DNA of 62,517 nucleotides, taken from assembly GCA_025933935.1 (NCBI GenBank), contig JAICYZ010000001.1, positions 1 to 62,517 of the forward strand, in the 5' to 3' direction. Under the pieces are notes generated by a model, which had not been told where the DNA came from, made no database searches, and saw only the letters and a program-made list of their open reading frames with translations. The position numbers and the translations under genes are program-made. Shown here in pieces: positions 1 through 9,738 of the stretch (the stretch's first letter is position 1; every line of letters starts with the position of its first letter). Origin of the DNA: Chitinophagaceae bacterium (GTDB lineage: Bacteria; Bacteroidota; Bacteroidia; Chitinophagales; Chitinophagaceae).

Positions 1-203
1 GGAAGATTTGTTTGAATAAAAGAAAGCAAAGCAGGAGGAATAGTATCTTTCGTCATATTTTGAGGCGTTCCGGAAGGATCAAACGTTCCAAGATTATCGT
101 ATTTTGTGGTAGTAAATTTCACCGGCTTGGTAGCGGGGTCCTTTTTGCAGGCGTTAAATGCCAAAACAGTAATAAATAGTAAGAGGTAATTTTTAGTTTT
201 CAT
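1..203 (-). CDS. Lipoprotein of unknown function, N-terminal part only (runs off the window start)
   Basis: Manual translation from ATG at 203: MKTKNYLLLFITVLAFNACKKDPATKPVKFTTTKYDNLGTFDPSG..., open to position 1. Signal peptide with lipobox-like FNA-C followed by KKD. Not in the ORF track. Confidence 0.7.
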   Translation of the reverse strand, partial: MKTKNYLLLFITVLAFNACKKDPATKPVKFTTTKYDNLGTFDPSGTPQNMTKDTIPPALLSFIQTNL

Positions 204-450
204 AAACTTTTTGATTTACAATGATAAAATAATTTAAAAATATAGATAAATATAAAAAGAGACCGGTTTCATTAAGGCATAACGCATCCTCCGTTGCATT
301 TATTGGCATTAAATCGATTAACCAGACAAAAATTTTGCCATTTAAGTTGTATGAGGAAAACGAATAAAATAAATTTTACAATAAACAAACGAATGTCAGC
401 AATTTCAGTAGCCGAAAATAAAAATCTGGTAAGTAAACGACGATTTCTAA

Positions 451-879
451 TTAGGAAATTTCCACCAGTTCAATATCAAATACCAGTTCTTTTCCCGCCA
501 GTTCGTGGTTGGCGTCCAATACGACAACGTCATCCTTTATTTCTGTAACTACTACAGGAATTGGTTGTCCTGCCTGGTTTTGCAATTGCAATTTCATTCC
601 TGGTTCCAGTTTCATATCCTCCGGAATATTGGATTTGGGAAATTCAATGATCGCATCGGCATTTTTCTCCCCGTAAGCATTTTCAGGAGCAATATTGATC
701 GTTTTCTTTTCCCCTACTTCCATTCCGGGAATAGCCTCATCAAATCCTTTAATCATTTGGCCGGCGCCCACGGTAAAAGCAAGCGGTTCTCTGCCTTCAC
801 TTGAGTCAAATTGCTCACCGTTGGTCAGTGTTCCTTTGTAATGCACTTTTACATTGTCGCCTTTTTTTGCTTTGCTCAT
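451..879 (-). CDS. FKBP-type peptidyl-prolyl cis-trans isomerase (SlyD/FkpB-like, no His-rich tail)
   Basis: VKVHYKGTL, FDSS.GREPL.F.VG.GQMI.GF, DANHELAGK.L.F motifs; start moved to MSKAKK at 879. Confidence 0.92.
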   Translation of the reverse strand: MSKAKKGDNVKVHYKGTLTNGEQFDSSEGREPLAFTVGAGQMIKGFDEAIPGMEVGEKKTINIAPENAYGEKNADAIIEFPKSNIPEDMKLEPGMKLQLQNQAGQPIPVVVTEIKDDVVVLDANHELAGKELVFDIELVEIS

Positions 880-1065
880 GATTTTTTGATTTAAATAATA
901 AAAAAATATCAATACCTTCTCTGCTAATTGATCTTTTCATTGCTGCAAGGTTGGTTATTACATTAAATGTACCAAAAATATTTTTTAGTGTAATTAAGCG
1001 GATTTCACACGCAATTTCTGTTATTTTACACCCACACTTTTATAAAAGCTTACAAAATCAATTAA

Positions 1066-2316
1066 ATGAATAGAAAAATCACTTTTGTTTTTTTCCTGCT
1101 TACCATCAGTTTCATAGGATTCAGTCAAAAAAGAATCATACCGGGCGCTGAAAGAATGGATCAATATCTCCCTTTGTTGAAAGGAAAAAATGTTGCTCTT
1201 TTTGCAAATCAAACCTCTACCGTTGGCAATTCACTGCTCCTGGATAGTTTATTGAAAAGAGGAATAAAAGTGGTGAAGATCTTTGGGCCTGAACATGGAT
1301 TTCGTGGCACAGCGGATGCGGGCGAAAAAGTTGGAAATGCGATTGACAAAGAAACCGGAATTGAGGTCATCAGTCTTTATGGGCAACATAATAAAGCAAC
1401 AGCCGAAGATTTGAAAGGTGTGGACGTGATGGTCTTTGATATTCAGGATGTGGGTGTCAGGTTCTATACGTTTATTTCTTCTCTGCAGCGATATATAGAA
1501 GCAGCGCTGGAAAATTCCATTCCATTAATCATCCTTGACCGTCCAAATCCAAATGGCTTTTATGTAGATGGTCCTGTTTTGGACTTGAAGTATAAAAGCT
1601 TTGTCGGAATGCAGCCAATTCCAATTGTATATGGACTGACTCTCGGAGAATATTCTATGATGATGGCTGGCGAAAAATGGCTAAGCGATTCTGCCAATAA
1701 AAAGTATGCTTATTATCAACATGCTAAAAAAACTGTCGATAGTCCCTTCCATTTGCTGGTAATAAAAAATCTGAATTACGACCACAACAGCCATTATATT
1801 TTACCAGTGAAGCCTTCGCCAAATTTGCCCGATATTCAATCAGTTTATTTGTATCCTTCCACTTGTTTTTTTGAAGGAACCACGCTCAGCGAAGGCCGCG
1901 GGACAGATAAACCTTTCCAGGTTTTTGGAGCGCCATCTTTGCCAAAAAATTTGTATTCTTTTACGCCGCACCCAACGGAAGGAGCAAAAAGCAGCAAGCA
2001 CTATGGGCAGGTTTGTTATGGATGGAACTTATCAGGAACGCCTCAGCAGGTTTTGCAAAAAGTAAACAAAAAAGTACAATTAAAATGGCTCATAGAAGCA
2101 TATCGCTTATTCCCTCATAAAGACAGTTTTTTTATAGTTCCAAAATCGGGAAACATGGAACATTCTTTCTTTGATAAACTTGCAGGAAATAATGAGTTGT
2201 GGCAACAAATTAAACATGGTGTTTCAGAAAAAGACATTCGCGCCAGCTGGGAGCCGGCTTTGAGTAACTACAAAAAAATCAGGAAGAAATATTTATTGTA
2301 TAAAGATTTTGAATAA
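1066..2316 (+). CDS. namZ: Exo-beta-N-acetylmuramidase NamZ family (DUF1343), secreted
   Basis: PEHGFRG, FDIQDVGVRFYT, LDRPNP, PSPNLP and SEGRGT..PF motifs; signal peptide. Confidence 0.85.
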   Translation: MNRKITFVFFLLTISFIGFSQKRIIPGAERMDQYLPLLKGKNVALFANQTSTVGNSLLLDSLLKRGIKVVKIFGPEHGFRGTADAGEKVGNAIDKETGIEVISLYGQHNKATAEDLKGVDVMVFDIQDVGVRFYTFISSLQRYIEAALENSIPLIILDRPNPNGFYVDGPVLDLKYKSFVGMQPIPIVYGLTLGEYSMMMAGEKWLSDSANKKYAYYQHAKKTVDSPFHLLVIKNLNYDHNSHYILPVKPSPNLPDIQSVYLYPSTCFFEGTTLSEGRGTDKPFQVFGAPSLPKNLYSFTPHPTEGAKSSKHYGQVCYGWNLSGTPQQVLQKVNKKVQLKWLIEAYRLFPHKDSFFIVPKSGNMEHSFFDKLAGNNELWQQIKHGVSEKDIRASWEPALSNYKKIRKKYLLYKDFE

Positions 2317-2400
2317 ATATTTATGAGATGATTTGGCTATTCTCCAGATTTGCCAGCGAATGTACCACTTCAACCTTTTAGTTCAACAGATTTAACAACG

Positions 2401-3333
2401 ATGAGTTTGAGAATTATTTTTATGGGGACACCTGAATTTGCAGTTCCTTCATTAAATAAAATTTATGAAGCGGGTTATGAAATAGCGGGAGTGGTAACGG
2501 CGCGGGATAAGCCGGCAGGACGTGGAATGCAACTTACGCAAAGTGCGGTAAAAAAATATGCATTAGAAAAAAATTTAAAAATCCTGCAGCCGGAAAAATT
2601 AAAATCTCCTGATTTTATTGAAGAATTAAAATCATTAAAAGCCGACCTGCAGGTGGTTGTTGCTTTTCGGATGTTACCGGAAATAGTCTGGAGTATGCCG
2701 CCAATGGGAACGGTGAATCTTCATGCATCTTTATTGCCTGAATATCGTGGCGCAGCGCCAATAAATTGGGCAATCATCAACGGAGAAAAAGAAACTGGTG
2801 TAACTACTTTCAAATTGCAGCAACAAATAGATACCGGAAATATTTTATTGCAACAAAAAATACCTGTTTCTGAACAGGAAAGCGCAGGAGTCCTGCACGA
2901 CAGAATGATGAATATTGGTGCTGAATTGCTTGTAAAAACAATACAACAATTGGAAAAAGGAACACTGAAGGAAATTCCTCAACCTTCGACTTCACACACC
3001 GACCCTTCAACCCTACGATCTGCTCCCAAAATTTTTACAGAGACTTGTGAAATAAACTGGAATAATAATGTAGATGACATTTATAATCTCATTCGCGGAT
3101 TATCACCATATCCTTCAGCATTTACATTTTTGAAGGGTCAAAAATTGAAAATTTTTACCGCAGAAAAAGAAAAATCTAAGCAATTGGATGAACCTGGAGA
3201 ATTCTCAACGGATCATAAAAGCTTTTTGAAATTCGCAGCAAATGATGGATTCATCAAATTAAAAGAAATCCAACTGGAAGGAAAAAAGAAAATGAATGTT
3301 GAAGATTTTTTAAGAGGATGGCGCGGAATGTGA
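2401..3333 (+). CDS. fmt: Methionyl-tRNA formyltransferase
   Basis: RIIFMGTPEFAV, NLHASLLPEYRGAAPINWA, IRGLSPYP; ATG at 2401. Confidence 0.97.
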   Translation: MSLRIIFMGTPEFAVPSLNKIYEAGYEIAGVVTARDKPAGRGMQLTQSAVKKYALEKNLKILQPEKLKSPDFIEELKSLKADLQVVVAFRMLPEIVWSMPPMGTVNLHASLLPEYRGAAPINWAIINGEKETGVTTFKLQQQIDTGNILLQQKIPVSEQESAGVLHDRMMNIGAELLVKTIQQLEKGTLKEIPQPSTSHTDPSTLRSAPKIFTETCEINWNNNVDDIYNLIRGLSPYPSAFTFLKGQKLKIFTAEKEKSKQLDEPGEFSTDHKSFLKFAANDGFIKLKEIQLEGKKKMNVEDFLRGWRGM

Positions 3334-3359
3334 AACTAAGAAAAGGCAAAAATCTTCTT

Positions 3360-4199
3360 TTACCTGACGTTTGACGGGCAGCCATATTCTCCTGAACGCT
3401 TACCGCCCATTCCCTCGTTGCCAAGTCTGAAGGAAAGGGTAAGTCCTGTGAAATAATACCAATCTTTTTGTGCTGATGCACCGCGTTGTGTTCCTGCTGG
3501 CGGATATTGTGGATCTCCATTTTTTAATTCACCTCCTCGATAGGCCAACTCTACTGCTTTTGCTCCCCGGTTTAATAATAATAGATTCGGATCGACATAG
3601 GTTGTGCTTACATCATCCAGGTAATCTGTAAATGTTTTTCTGAAACCCATTTCGATGCCGACATCCACATTATCGCTTAAAGATAATTTAACCCCGGCAC
3701 CAAACGGTATTCCAAATTGAGTAAGTTTGTATTCCTTTTTCCCCGCTATAAATCCCTCACCTTCTGTACTCATGTCTTTTAAATAATATTTTTTACCGCT
3801 TGTATCAAATGTATACGGATTGAAATGAAAAACAGCAACACTTGCAAATAAATAAGGAGCAAGTGAATGAGTGCCAAGGGGCGTAATGTAATATTCTAAC
3901 CCAAGCTGACCCTCAGAAATTGCGGACGCAAAACTCAGGTTTCTCGCTTTATTATCAGTATACTTATCGGCCCCTGAAATCTTTCCAAACGTAACTGCGC
4001 CGCGTATAGAAAAATGATCACTGAGATCATACGAAAGCCCGGCCCCAACAACTAAATGTGCCTGATTAAACGTAATTACTTTTCTTTGTAAATCACCTTG
4101 ATAATTGGACATGCCAGCAAATAGATTCAAATGTAAATCCTGGGCAGAAGCACCAAAAAAAACCAGTAATAAGGAAACAGTTACCGATAAAAATTTCAT
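3360..4199 (-). CDS. Outer-membrane beta-barrel protein, DUF6089/PorG-like
   Basis: Signal peptide, GMSNYQGDL start, IPFGAGVK, R.TFTDYLDDVS and DWYYFTGLTLSF motifs. Confidence 0.7.
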   Translation of the reverse strand: MKFLSVTVSLLLVFFGASAQDLHLNLFAGMSNYQGDLQRKVITFNQAHLVVGAGLSYDLSDHFSIRGAVTFGKISGADKYTDNKARNLSFASAISEGQLGLEYYITPLGTHSLAPYLFASVAVFHFNPYTFDTSGKKYYLKDMSTEGEGFIAGKKEYKLTQFGIPFGAGVKLSLSDNVDVGIEMGFRKTFTDYLDDVSTTYVDPNLLLLNRGAKAVELAYRGGELKNGDPQYPPAGTQRGASAQKDWYYFTGLTLSFRLGNEGMGGKRSGEYGCPSNVR

Positions 4200-4388
4200 A
4201 AGAGAAGCTTTTATCAAATAAAGGACAAAAACAATACCACAAGAGGTGAGCAACGGAATTTTAATAAATTCTATTCTTGGTCAAAACCAGGTTTGATTAA
4301 AACGGACTTAAAGCTTTTAAAAAGGAATAGGGAAAACTTTGTTTCAGTAAATAAAGAAATAATTGTGAAAAACCGGTTTCGTCAGAAA

Positions 4389-6290
4389 CTAAACCGTTTT
4401 TGTAGCCAAATCTACAGTCTTATTAAGGACACCTGTGGAATTAAATTCGGGAACCATTTTGCGAAGTATGAAAGGAATGATTTCATTATTGTGATTTTGC
4501 GCAGCCTCCTGCAATTCAATCATCAATGAATTAAACTCACTATTGAAATTAGCTGATTTTTTTGCTCTTAAAATTCTTGGATGATACGTTTCGGCAAATT
4601 CTTCCGAATCTTTAAACAGTTCTTCATACATTTTTTCTCCCGGCCTCAATCCTGTTTGAACGATCGCAATATCCGCCGGCTTTAAGCCTGCTAGCTGAAT
4701 CATTCTTTTTGCCAGGTCAAGAATCTTTACCGGTTTACCCATATCAAACAACAAAATGTCACCTGATTCACCAATTTTCCCAGCTTCTAAAACCAGTTTT
4801 GACGCTTCCGGAATGGTCATAAAATACCTGGTAATGTCCGGATGTGTAATGGTTATTGGTCCGCCCGCTTTTATCTGCTTGTCAAAAGTGCGAACCACAC
4901 TTCCGGCTGAGCCCAATACATTTCCAAAACGCGTAGTAATAAATTCCGTTTCAGAATCCTTACGATCACTTAAAGACTGAATGTATATTTCAGATATACG
5001 TTTGGTGGTTCCCATTACATTGGTTGGATTCACCGCTTTATCTGTGGAAACCATTACAAATTTTTTCACCTTGTATGCAATGGCAAGATCCGCCACCCGT
5101 TTGGTACCGAAAATATTGGTAAGAACTGCTTCGCTGCTAAAAGTCTCCATCAGAGGAACATGCTTATAAGCGGCAGCATGAAAAACAAAATCAGGATTAT
5201 GCAAAGAAAAAACCTTTTTTAACTTCGCCAGATCCCTTATGGAAGCCACTTCTACACGCAGCAGTTGTTTCTGATTGTTCTTTTTCAACTCAAATTCAAG
5301 ATCGAATAAACCGGATTCCGACTGATCCAGCAATACCAGCTTTTTGAAAGTAAATTTAGAAAGCTGCCGGCAAATTTCACTGCCAATAGATCCGGCGGCC
5401 CCGGTAACTAAAATGGTTGAATCCTGATAAGTCTTCTGCAGCATATCATATGGAAGACTGATTTCATCGCGCTCGAGCAAGTCTTCAATATTTAATTCCT
5501 TAACCTGCTTCTTTTCAAAAAGCCCACCCCGCCATTCGTTGGCGTGTGGAATCACATTAATCTTTATGTTCAAAGGTGAACAAATATCAGAGATGGCAAT
5601 TTTCTTTTCTACGGATAGCTTATCAATAGCAATATACAATTGAGTGATTTGCTTTTGCTTCAAAAGATTTGACAACCGAGAGCTGGAGGCGTTATAAATA
5701 GGCAATCCGCCAAGATTTTTTCCAATTTTGGAGGTACTGTCTTCTATATACCCGGCAACAATCGTTTTATTTTTAGCATCCTGCTCCAATATTTGTTTGG
5801 TGACCTGTCCCATCTCCCCGGCTCCATAAATAATGGCCTTAGCCATTACCGGCAATTTGGATTGGGAAGCCTTAGAATACACTTCTTTGATTAATAATCT
5901 GAACATTACCAAAATAAAAATAACACTGAACAGATTAATAATTAATAAAGGAACCGGAAGAAACCCGGTAACGATAGAATTTGTATCAATGGAATAAATA
6001 GTGAGCCATAAGACAAACTGAAGTGATGCAAACTTTATGATGCGGATGATGTCATTAGTTTCTGAGTACCGGATAATTCCTTTGTAAATTGGGAAAAAAA
6101 ATACGCAGATCATGTACACGGCGATGTTAATAAAAACGGCCGGAAGAAATTTAATGATGCCAGGCAGGTCCAGCATCAGATGCCTAATTAGCAAAAACGA
6201 AAATAAAAACGCAGCGGTGATCAGCACCAGGTCGCAACAGAAGATAATCCAACGCGGTGCATATTTGTTTTTAAAAAATCGTTCGAGCAT
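4389..6290 (-). CDS. Membrane-bound nucleoside-diphosphate-sugar 4,6-dehydratase (CapD/WbpM/PglF family)
   Basis: Four N-terminal TM segments, IYGAG, LVTGAAGSIGSE, HAAAYKHVP, STDKAVNP, RFGNVLGS, GLRPGEK. Confidence 0.93.
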   Translation of the reverse strand: MLERFFKNKYAPRWIIFCCDLVLITAAFLFSFLLIRHLMLDLPGIIKFLPAVFINIAVYMICVFFFPIYKGIIRYSETNDIIRIIKFASLQFVLWLTIYSIDTNSIVTGFLPVPLLIINLFSVIFILVMFRLLIKEVYSKASQSKLPVMAKAIIYGAGEMGQVTKQILEQDAKNKTIVAGYIEDSTSKIGKNLGGLPIYNASSSRLSNLLKQKQITQLYIAIDKLSVEKKIAISDICSPLNIKINVIPHANEWRGGLFEKKQVKELNIEDLLERDEISLPYDMLQKTYQDSTILVTGAAGSIGSEICRQLSKFTFKKLVLLDQSESGLFDLEFELKKNNQKQLLRVEVASIRDLAKLKKVFSLHNPDFVFHAAAYKHVPLMETFSSEAVLTNIFGTKRVADLAIAYKVKKFVMVSTDKAVNPTNVMGTTKRISEIYIQSLSDRKDSETEFITTRFGNVLGSAGSVVRTFDKQIKAGGPITITHPDITRYFMTIPEASKLVLEAGKIGESGDILLFDMGKPVKILDLAKRMIQLAGLKPADIAIVQTGLRPGEKMYEELFKDSEEFAETYHPRILRAKKSANFNSEFNSLMIELQEAAQNHNNEIIPFILRKMVPEFNSTGVLNKTVDLATKTV

Positions 6291-6612
6291 AAGGGCTTTT
6301 TGGGGTCAAATTTTAAAATCAATAAGAATCATTTTCAACGGATAATCGTTTAAAATCCTTGAGTAATTTTTCAAGGGATTAAAAAAAAGACAAGAAACAT
6401 ACCAAAAATTTATATTAAAAATTCTTAATAAATAAGTTGCTTTTATAAAAATTTGTGCAAATATAAAACTATTGCAAATTCATTTAGGGTTTTACCTGTA
6501 ATATTTTCTTTACTGTCATACGATTTTATGGGTTTATTTAGACAAAAACTTATAGTTCCAAAAAAATCAGATAACGTTGAAGCATGAATTGAATTTAATT
6601 GAACTGTTTTAT

Positions 6613-6620
6613 TAAATTTG
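6613..6620 (+). promoter_or_regulatory. Bacteroidota -7 promoter box for tRNA-Leu
   Basis: TAAATTTG matches TAnnTTTG, 11 nt before the tRNA. Confidence 0.65.
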
Positions 6621-6631
6621 CAATTCCAAAA

Positions 6632-6717
6632 GCGGAGGTGGCGAAATTGGTAGACGCACTACTTTGAGGTGGTAGCGCCTTTTACCGGGCGTGGGAGTTC
6701 GAATCTCCTCTTCCGCA
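6632..6717 (+). tRNA. tRNA-Leu (anticodon GAG)
   Basis: Acceptor GCGGAGG/CTTCCGC, anticodon arm CTACT-TTGAGGT-GGTAG, long variable arm, GGGAG-TTCGAAT-CTCCT T-arm; CCA not encoded. Confidence 0.96.
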
Positions 6718-6724
6718 CAAAATA

Positions 6725-6752
6725 AGACCTGCAAGTTGTTGCAGGTTTTTTT
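6725..6752 (+). terminator. Intrinsic terminator after tRNA-Leu
   Basis: GACCTGCAA-gttg-TTGCAGGTT hairpin followed by T run. Confidence 0.8.
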
Positions 6753-6811
6753 ATTTTATTTGAAAAATGTAAAACAGAAAAAAGCTTTATTTATTCCTTT
6801 GCTGAAATAAC

Positions 6812-7960
6812 TCAGCAATTCAAAGCGATTCTAAAGGTCGTTCCCTTTCCCAATTCGGATGATTTTATATACAACTCACCACGGTGGTATTTTTCAATAA
6901 TTCTTTTGGCGAGCGAAAGCCCCAAGCCCCAACCTCTTTTTTTAGTAGTGAATCCGGGTTTAAAAACTTTAGGGATATTTTGTTTGCTGATGCCCTTGCC
7001 ACTGTCTGTTACGTCAATCAATACCTGGCGCTGTAACTTTTTAATTTTTATTTTGATAGTACCTTTTCCATTGATCGCATCTAAAGCGTTTTTCAAAAGA
7101 TTTTCTATCACCCAGTCAAACAAAGGCCCCGATATTTTTGCAGTTACGTTTTCTTCTGGCCGCTCCAGGATGAAGTTTACTTTCTCAGTAGATCTTCTTT
7201 TGATGTAAGCGACCATTTTTTCTACTTGTTCTACAATATCATGTTCTTCGAGTTTGGGTGCACTTCCTATTTTTCCAAACCTGTCACTAATCAGTTTTAA
7301 GCGGTTTACGTCTTTTTGCATTTCTTTTGAAATATCCGAATGCACATCCTGTTCGTTCAACATTTCTACCCATCCCTGGAGTGAAGAAATGGGTGTTCCT
7401 AACTGATGTGCCGTTTCTTTAGCCATACCTGCCCACACCTGGTTTTGAGTAGATTTATTCCTGATGGAAATAGAATAAACAGTAATGAAAATAAACAAGG
7501 CAACAATTAACAATTGGATCATCGGATAATACCTTACCTGTTTCAGCAATTTTGAATCTCCATAATAATATTTGTCTGCTACATATGGATTTTTGTTTAA
7601 CTCAAGGATAATCGGCGGATGCGCGGATTTGAATTCCTGCAGTTTTTTATGCAGAAAATGTTTCGAAGATTTTATTTCATTCGTATCAATATTTCTGGAA
7701 TCAATGATGCTGTCATTTTCGTTGGTCCAGATGATGGGTATGTCTGTGTTTTTTTGTTGGATCTGACTCGCAAGTGTAATATCGACATTTGGAGGTGCGG
7801 AAGCGATAAATTTATTGGCTTCCACCCATTGGCTTATTTTCTCCCTTTCTTCTACTTCTATTTTTTTTGATAAAAAATCAGAATAAAAAATAGTACCTGT
7901 AACAATAGCAACAGCAATAAGTGCAAGCGCGGAACGTAAATTAAAAAATTGCCTGAACAT
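6812..7960 (-). CDS. Two-component sensor histidine kinase (two TM, HisKA/HATPase), no adjacent regulator
   Basis: H-box AKETAHQLGTP, N-box ENLLKNALDA, D.G.GI, F.PGFTTK..GWGLGL. Confidence 0.93.
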   Translation of the reverse strand: MFRQFFNLRSALALIAVAIVTGTIFYSDFLSKKIEVEEREKISQWVEANKFIASAPPNVDITLASQIQQKNTDIPIIWTNENDSIIDSRNIDTNEIKSSKHFLHKKLQEFKSAHPPIILELNKNPYVADKYYYGDSKLLKQVRYYPMIQLLIVALFIFITVYSISIRNKSTQNQVWAGMAKETAHQLGTPISSLQGWVEMLNEQDVHSDISKEMQKDVNRLKLISDRFGKIGSAPKLEEHDIVEQVEKMVAYIKRRSTEKVNFILERPEENVTAKISGPLFDWVIENLLKNALDAINGKGTIKIKIKKLQRQVLIDVTDSGKGISKQNIPKVFKPGFTTKKRGWGLGLSLAKRIIEKYHRGELYIKSSELGKGTTFRIALNC

Positions 7961-8057
7961 GCATCCGGTTTATCGTCAAATCTAAAGGTATTTCTCACAA
8001 TTTATACGAAGTAAAAACTAAAATCTTTTATGTTTGTAACTGATTAAATCTAATTCG

Positions 8058-9089
8058 TTGAATCATTTCCCTTCTGTTGCACTGGTAATTCTTAACTGGA
8101 ACGGAAGACATTTTCTTGAAAAATTTCTTCCGTCTGTATTGGCCTCTGGTTATGAAAATCTTTCAATAGTCGTAGCAGACAATGCTTCAACGGATGATTC
8201 GATTGAATTTTTACAAAAAACCTATCCTTCCATAAAGATCATTCTCAATCCTTCAAATGAAGGATTTGCGAGAGGCTACAACAGTGCATTGAAGCAAGTT
8301 GCGGCAGATTATTACATACTCTTAAACAGCGATGTAGAAGTAACACCAGGATGGATAACGCCGGTCATTTCACTAATGGAAACTGATCAATTGATCGCCG
8401 TCTGCCAGCCTAAAATCTTATCTTTTGAGAATAGAAATAGTTTTGAATATGCAGGCGCAAGTGGAGGTTGGATTGATAAATTCGGTTATCCATTTAACCG
8501 TGGCCGCGTATTTGATTTTTGTGAAAATGACGAAGGCCAGTATAATAATACCTCGCAAATATTCTGGGCTACTGGCGCGGCTTTGTTTGTAAGAGCATCA
8601 GTTTACCATGAACAAAATGGTTTTGATGAGTATTTCTTTGCCCACCAGGAAGAAATAGACTTATGCTGGCGCATGCAAAGAGCAGGTTATAAGATTTTTG
8701 TTGTACCGTCTTCTGTTGTATATCATATTGGCGGAGGAACTTTGCCGGCCGGTAACAAAAGAAAAGTATTTTTAAATTTTAGAAACAACCTCGTAATGCT
8801 TGCAAAGAATTTAACTTTTGTAGAAAAAATATGGAAGATCCCATTTAGAATCTCTTTAGATAATTTGGCCGGATTTCAGGCACTCATAAAAGGAGATTTC
8901 AGTACTTTCAGAGCAATCCAAAGAGCGCATTTCTATTTTTTAAAATGGCTCTTTACAAGGAAAGAAAAAATTCATTTACCCAAAAAGAAATTAGCATGCC
9001 TTCCCGGGACTTACAACGGAAGTATCGTTTGGGAGTATTTTGTCAAAAAAAGAAAGACATTTTCCGAAATTCTTCAATTCAAAAAATGA
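8058..9089 (+). CDS. Glycosyltransferase family 2
   Basis: LVILNWNG, VADNASTD, LLNSD, ATGAA, GFDE.FF...EEIDLCWR; TATGTTTG box at 8029-8036. Confidence 0.9.
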   Translation: MNHFPSVALVILNWNGRHFLEKFLPSVLASGYENLSIVVADNASTDDSIEFLQKTYPSIKIILNPSNEGFARGYNSALKQVAADYYILLNSDVEVTPGWITPVISLMETDQLIAVCQPKILSFENRNSFEYAGASGGWIDKFGYPFNRGRVFDFCENDEGQYNNTSQIFWATGAALFVRASVYHEQNGFDEYFFAHQEEIDLCWRMQRAGYKIFVVPSSVVYHIGGGTLPAGNKRKVFLNFRNNLVMLAKNLTFVEKIWKIPFRISLDNLAGFQALIKGDFSTFRAIQRAHFYFLKWLFTRKEKIHLPKKKLACLPGTYNGSIVWEYFVKKRKTFSEILQFKK

Positions 9090-9133
9090 TATTTCAAATC
9101 AATCTGTTATTTTTGCCCAGCAAATTATAAAAT

Positions 9134-9340
9134 ATGGAACACGAAGAAGTAATTGATAATAAGGGAAAAGATGTAGCAGTTAGCTGGGTGTCTACCTCCC
9201 GGTTTCTGTTTTATTGCCAGGTAGCTATTTTTGTTGCCCTTGTTATTGGTGGTTGTTATACCATGTATGTGCACCGTTACAAGGGAAAACCGAATGTAGA
9301 AGTGCCTGCAAATACGCAATACAATCCGCAGTATAAATAA
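9134..9340 (+). CDS. Small single-TM hypothetical protein (68 aa)
   Basis: ATG ORF with one hydrophobic segment; TATTTTTG box at 9108-9115. Confidence 0.65.
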   Translation: MEHEEVIDNKGKDVAVSWVSTSRFLFYCQVAIFVALVIGGCYTMYVHRYKGKPNVEVPANTQYNPQYK

Positions 9341-9402
9341 ATTTTGGTTCAAAGGTTACAAACCTTATTTTTGCAAACCTTTTTTTAGTTCTTATAACAA
9401 TC

Positions 9403-9478
9403 GCGGAAATAGCTCATTTGGTAGAGCGCGACCTTGCCAAGGTCGAGGTGGCCGGTTCGAGCCCGGTTTTCCGCTCCA
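9403..9478 (+). tRNA. tRNA-Gly (anticodon GCC)
   Basis: 76-nt cloverleaf GCGGAAA...TTTCCGC-T-CCA, anticodon arm CGACC-TTGCCAA-GGTCG. Confidence 0.98.
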
Positions 9479-9484
9479 ATAAAT

Positions 9485-9511
9485 AAAAAAGCAGTACTTA
9501 TCTGCTTTTTT
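9485..9511 (+). terminator. Terminator-like hairpin between the two tRNAs
   Basis: AAAAAAGCAG-tacttat-CTGCTTTTTT. Confidence 0.55.
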
Positions 9512-9525
9512 CATTTATAGTGTTT

Positions 9526-9611
9526 ACCCGGGTGGTGGAACTGGTAGACACGCAGGACTTAAAATCCTGTGGTCAGCAATGGCCGTGTGGGTTCAACTCC
9601 CATCCTGGGTA
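9526..9611 (+). tRNA. tRNA-Leu (anticodon TAA)
   Basis: Acceptor ACCCGGG/CCTGGGT, anticodon arm CAGGA-CTTAAAA-TCCTG, long variable arm, GTTCAACT T-loop. Confidence 0.95.
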
Positions 9612-9615
9612 CGAT

Positions 9616-9639
9616 ACCGCTTTTCTAAAGCGGTTTTTT
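9616..9639 (+). terminator. Intrinsic terminator after tRNA pair
   Basis: ACCGCTTT-tct-AAAGCGGT followed by TTTTT. Confidence 0.8.
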
Positions 9640-9738
9640 GTTTTAAAATTCTTTCGTAAACCCCTATATTTTTATTGAATCTAAAACTCATCACACGATT
9701 CTACCTTTGATTCATCAGATTAAAGTTAAATTTGTTTT

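Noticed and set aside
6632-9640. Genomic island integrated at a tRNA
   Set aside because: No integrase, no duplicated tRNA 3' end recognised, and the flanks are ordinary genes
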